Below are positions 58,806 to 62,944 of a stretch of DNA of 62,944 nt, piece after piece; positions within the stretch are counted from its first letter, which is position 1; each line of letters starts with the position of its first letter. The stretch lies in the NCBI GenBank assembly GCA_030324005.1, contig JARDVH010000132.1:50303971-50366914 (forward strand). Direction: 5' to 3'. The translations under genes and the position numbers were made by a program. The DNA comes from Negaprion brevirostris. Lineage: Eukaryota. The notes below the pieces were generated by a model. The model saw only the letters and a program-made list of their open reading frames with translations. It had not been told where the DNA came from and made no database searches.

Positions 58806-60099
58806 GTGAGTAATGATCTTTCTGCTTTTTTTTGAGTAAATAGCACTGAGCCATCAACAGCGCTGTCGCAGTCATAATTATGTCCCTATGGTTCGTGGAC
58901 CAGCGGTTAGAACATACAAGTAGCAAACGCCATTATCTTTGTGGGAGATGGGCTAATTAAAACGTGAATGCAAATGAAGTACTGCTATCAAGCATGACCT
59001 TGATCAGGAAAGTCTTCATTAAGGCTTCTTGCAATGCGTTGCTTTACTCTTCTTCCAGTTAAATAACTTTGCTGCCATATTATGAATTCGCACTTGCACA
59101 CAGTCTCACTTACAAGGTCTTCGAATATCAGAACGTATTTTAGTTTATTAAAGATAATGTTTAGATTAAACTTGATGACCTTAACAAATTATCTTGTGTT
59201 TTAAAGTTGCTAATGTTTTGAAGGCATTTAGATGAATTCTGGAGATTTCAGTGGCATTCCATGAATATCCTTTTCAAGGTGTTTCGAGTGGTTATCTCAA
59301 AGGCTCTGTGGTTTATTAAGTCATATATAAATGTCCCAAGTTATCCTTTTTGATTCCAATTCTCTGTTTTATAAGCCGATTTTAGCTAGGACTCAAATAG
59401 GTTGTTACATTTGGCAGTAGTCCAAAAAGAAATTGGACATGGTTCCCACTCCTCAGCAGTTCTTGTCTTGGGAAACACCCTGTCCTAACTTAATCATGGA
59501 TAATTGCCATTTAGCAAAATGATATCCAGGAAACAGGACATTCAGTGCAGCCAGTCCATGTCACTGTTTATTTCCATGTAAATACAGACAGTTTCTGCCT
59601 CTTACAGCAGGCAGGTTCATGCATATACTATTTTCCCATTAGTATCAGTGGCTGGTATAATGCACTGTTGTTAGTGACCCAGTACCAGCAGCCACATGGC
59701 CCACCACCGATACACAATATTAAACAGCCAATCAGCACAACTCCACATCTCTAAAATAGTGTCAGTGTCTTTTAATAATCCAATGCATACTCAATTATCC
59801 TAATGAATTCTTTACTGATTCACTTCATTCCTCGTTGAAGATTGTATAAAAAGTTCTGGACACCACCAGAAAATTATAAGATCATAGAACACTACAGCAT
59901 AACAGGCCCTTCGGCCCATAAGTTGCGCCAATCATATCCATACCTACCAGGCCTACCTATAACTCTCAATCCCCTTAAATCATTACAAGAATTTTTCTGA
60001 AGTAATACACTGTCTGATGTGTCTGTCAGCTTTTGGTGTTTAATGCAGATTTTTTCCAATGAACAATTTTAAAGCCAATGCATTTGGTGAATGAAGTGT

Positions 60100-61590
60100 T
60101 GCATAGAAAATTGGAGCATTAGTGGGCCATTCAGCCCTTCAAATTTGCTCCATGGTTCAATATAATCATGGTTGATCCTCTGTGTCAATGCCATACTCCT
60201 GCACTCTCCCCATACCCCTTGACACTTTTCGAACCTAAAAATCTGTCTATTTTTCTCTTAAATATATTCAATGACTTGGTCTCCACAGACTTGTATGGTA
60301 ATTCCACAGGTTCACCGTCTCTGATTGAAGATATTTTTCTTCATCCATGCCCCAGATGGCCTACCCTGTATTCTGAAACTGTGTCCTCTTGTTCTAGAAT
60401 TGTCCCCCCACTCCCCCAATCCCAGCCAGAGGAAACAACATCTCTGCATCCAATCTGTCCAGCCCTACCAGAATTCTGTGCATTTCAGTTAGATCCCCAT
60501 TCATCCCCTCTAAGGCAATTACATATTTTCTTAGATGAGGAGACCAAAACTACACACAATATTCCAGATGTGGTCTTACCAACAGCCTGTACGGATGCAA
60601 TAAGTCTTGCTCCTGTACTCAAGTCCTCCTGCAATGAAGGCCANNNNNNNNNNNNNNNNNNNNNNNNNNNNNNNNNNNNNNNNNNNNNNNNNNNNNNNNN
60701 NNNNNNNNNNNNNNNNNNNNNNNNNNNNNNNNNNNNNNNNNNNAACATACATCTGCCTTCCTAACTGCTTGCTGTACCTGCATGCTTGCTTTCAGGACAC
60801 CAGCTATCTTTGTACCTCAACATTTCTCAATCTATCACCATTTAAATAGTACTCCACTATTCTGTTTCTCCATCAGAAGTGGATAACTTTACAATTATCC
60901 AGGCAGTACTGCCATGCATTTGCCCATTCAGTCAAGTTGTCTCAATCATCTTGAAGCCTCTTAATATCCTACTCACATTCTCACTTAGTTTTGTGTCATC
61001 AGCAAACTTACTTTTGATTCCTTCATCCAAATCATTGATGTACATTGTGAATGCACTGATCCCCACAGGAACCCACTACTCACTGCTTGACACTTTGAAA
61101 AAGATCCTTGCCAATGTATTACCCCCAGTCCCATATGGGTTAATTTTGCACACTAACCTCTATTGTGGGACTTTATCAAAAGCTTTCTGAAAATCCAAAT
61201 ATGCTACATCCACTGGTTCACTCTTGCCTATTCCACTGGTTACATCCTCAAAAAACTCCAGTAGATTTGTCAAACATGATTTCCCTTTCACAAATCCACG
61301 TTAACTTTGTCTAATCCCATTGATATTTTCAAAGTGTCTTGTTATTGCATCCTTTAGAAGAGACCTGAGCATTTTCCTTGCTACTAACTGGTCTTTAATT
61401 CCCTGTTTTCTCCTCCCCTCCCTTTTTTAAATATTGGAGTTACATTTGCCACCCTCCAATCTGCCAGGATTGTTCCAGAATCTTGAAAATTATAGAAGAT
61501 GATAGCTAATGCATCCACTATTTCCCTGGCCCTCTCCACTTACTCTGGGATATAGATTATCAGGTCCTGAGGACTTATCAGTTAAATTTT
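60100..61590 (-). mobile_element. CR1 LINE fragment
   Basis: Minus strand encodes PVDVAYLDFQKAFDKVP (actttatcaaaagctttctgaaaatcc) and a KFADDTKL-like motif (agttttgtgtcatcagcaaac). Confidence 0.85.
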
Positions 61591-61611
61591 CCAGCACTAT
61601 TTTTTAAATAA

Positions 61612-62590
61612 TAAGGCATTGAATACAAGAACAGGGAGGTTATGATGGAGTTGTATAAAATGTTGGCTCGGCCATAGCTGGAGTCCTGTGTACAGTTCTG
61701 GTCACCACACTATAGGAAGGAAATAATTGCAATAGAAAGGGTGCAGAGGAGATTCACCAAAATGTTGACCTGGGTTGGAGCATTTAAGCTATCAAGAGAG
61801 ATTGGATAGGCTGGTGTTGTTTTCCTTGGAGCAGAGAAGGCTGAGGGAGGATCTGATTGAAGTGTATAAAATTATGAGGGGCATAGATAGGGTAGATTGG
61901 AAGGAAATTTTACCCTGAGTAGAAGGGTAAAAGTCAATTAGTAGGGGGCATAGATTTAAGTTATAGGGCAGGAGGCTTATAGGATATGTGGCGAAGAGGG
62001 TGATGGGAATCTGGAACTCTGTCTGAAAAGGTGGTAGAGGTGGGAACCCTCAACATTTTCTAGCAACTTTATATGACTCCTCTTTGGATCTAATACTATC
62101 CTTAATTTATTTTGGGCAACAAGGTGGAATAATCAAGGATCTCATAGTGAAGGCATTTCTAGGATAGCAGCGACCATAATATGATTTAAATTCAGTTTGA
62201 GGGGGAGAGGAATGGATCTGAGACTACAGGTGGATTTTATGGCCTCACTCGTCTTGAAACTGTAAAATCCTGCCCATGGTCAATGGACCTTTCCATGGTC
62301 TGACCCTTGCCCACTGATTTCCATGCCAGGTGGAACAAAAAAATTCCCTCCTACGTTTTTATGAGGGCATAAAAGCTGAGCCACTGAAGTGAATTGACAA
62401 ACTATGTTAGGGGTAGGTCAGTAGAGATGCAGGCAAAAAGACTTTAAGGGGGTATTTCAGAATGCACAGAATAGACGCATTCCAACGAGTGAGAAAATGT
62501 CCAAGGGACAGACCCTTCATCTACGTTTAACTTAGGAAGTTTAAGGATATCAGATTTACAAAGGAAAAGCATATAATTATGCAAAGACAG
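61612..62590 (+). mobile_element. CR1 LINE fragments (ORF2 3' part, then an endonuclease-adjacent part)
   Basis: IEYKNREVMMELYKML-RP*LESCVQFWSPHYRK...LEQRRLREDLIEVYKIM; then LG-SDHNMI-F-like residues. Confidence 0.8.
62228..62351. mobile_element. Small MITE-like insertion with 3-bp TSD TAC, inside CR1
   Basis: TAC at 62225-62227 and 62352-62354. Imperfect TIR aggtggatttt / aaaattccctcc. Confidence 0.45.
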
Positions 62591-62609
62591 ATGGCAGGTC
62601 AGAAGATTG

Positions 62610-62944
62610 GATAGAAACTAGAAGCAGGAGTAGGCCATTTGGCCCTTCAAGCCTGCTCCATTGTTCATTTTGATCATAGCTGATCATTGAATTCAAATTC
62701 CTGACCCCCCACCTCCCCCCACACCTTCCTCCCATATCCCTTGATCCTTTTAGCCCAAGAGCTACATCTAATTTATTTTTGAAATCAGACATTGTTTTGG
62801 CCTCAACTACATTCTGTGGTAGTGAATTCCAAACATTCACCACCCTCTGGATGAGAAATTTCTCCTCACCTCAGTTCTAAAGGGTTTACCCCTTTGTCTT
62901 CAACTTTGACCTCTAGTTCTGCACTTCCCCACCATTGGGAACAT
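62610..62944 (-). mobile_element. CR1 3' end, runs off the window
   Basis: ORF 62577..62843 (VNVWNSLPQNVVEA...FKNKLD) and tail atagaaactagaagcaggagtaggccatt. Confidence 0.82.

Overview
Eukaryotic genomic DNA, not prokaryotic. The repeat content (HE1/V-SINEs, Deu-domain SINEs, CR1 and Rex1/Babar LINEs, Penelope-type repeats) points to a shark; a carcharhiniform is plausible but that is inference. The whole window appears to lie inside one + strand gene, ANKRD28 (PP6 regulatory ankyrin repeat subunit A). Ten consecutive GT-AG internal coding exons (24667-58805, 1136 nt) splice into one open frame, DAEKRTPLH...[11 protein letters not shown]. The first and last exons are not visible, so they lie outside the window or in N gaps. 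The introns are dense with decayed and nested transposable elements: two degenerate Gypsy pol regions, solo LTRs, LINE fragments, several SINE families and MITE-like elements. About 12 N-gaps are present, and three have duplicated flanks that look like assembly artefacts. I see no intact novel protein-coding system. The most interesting non-coding signals are: (1) a minimal hammerhead ribozyme with an intact core in a Penelope-type repeat, antisense to ANKRD28 (16383-16418); (2) a 207-bp foldback element with a perfect 13-bp target-site duplication and a decayed hammerhead (45268-45474); (3) an unexplained ~87-bp inverted repeat with an adjacent hairpin (6014-6767); (4) one V-SINE body carrying two alternative 3' tails that match two different LINE clades in the same window. 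Family names come from recalled consensus motifs, not database searches.
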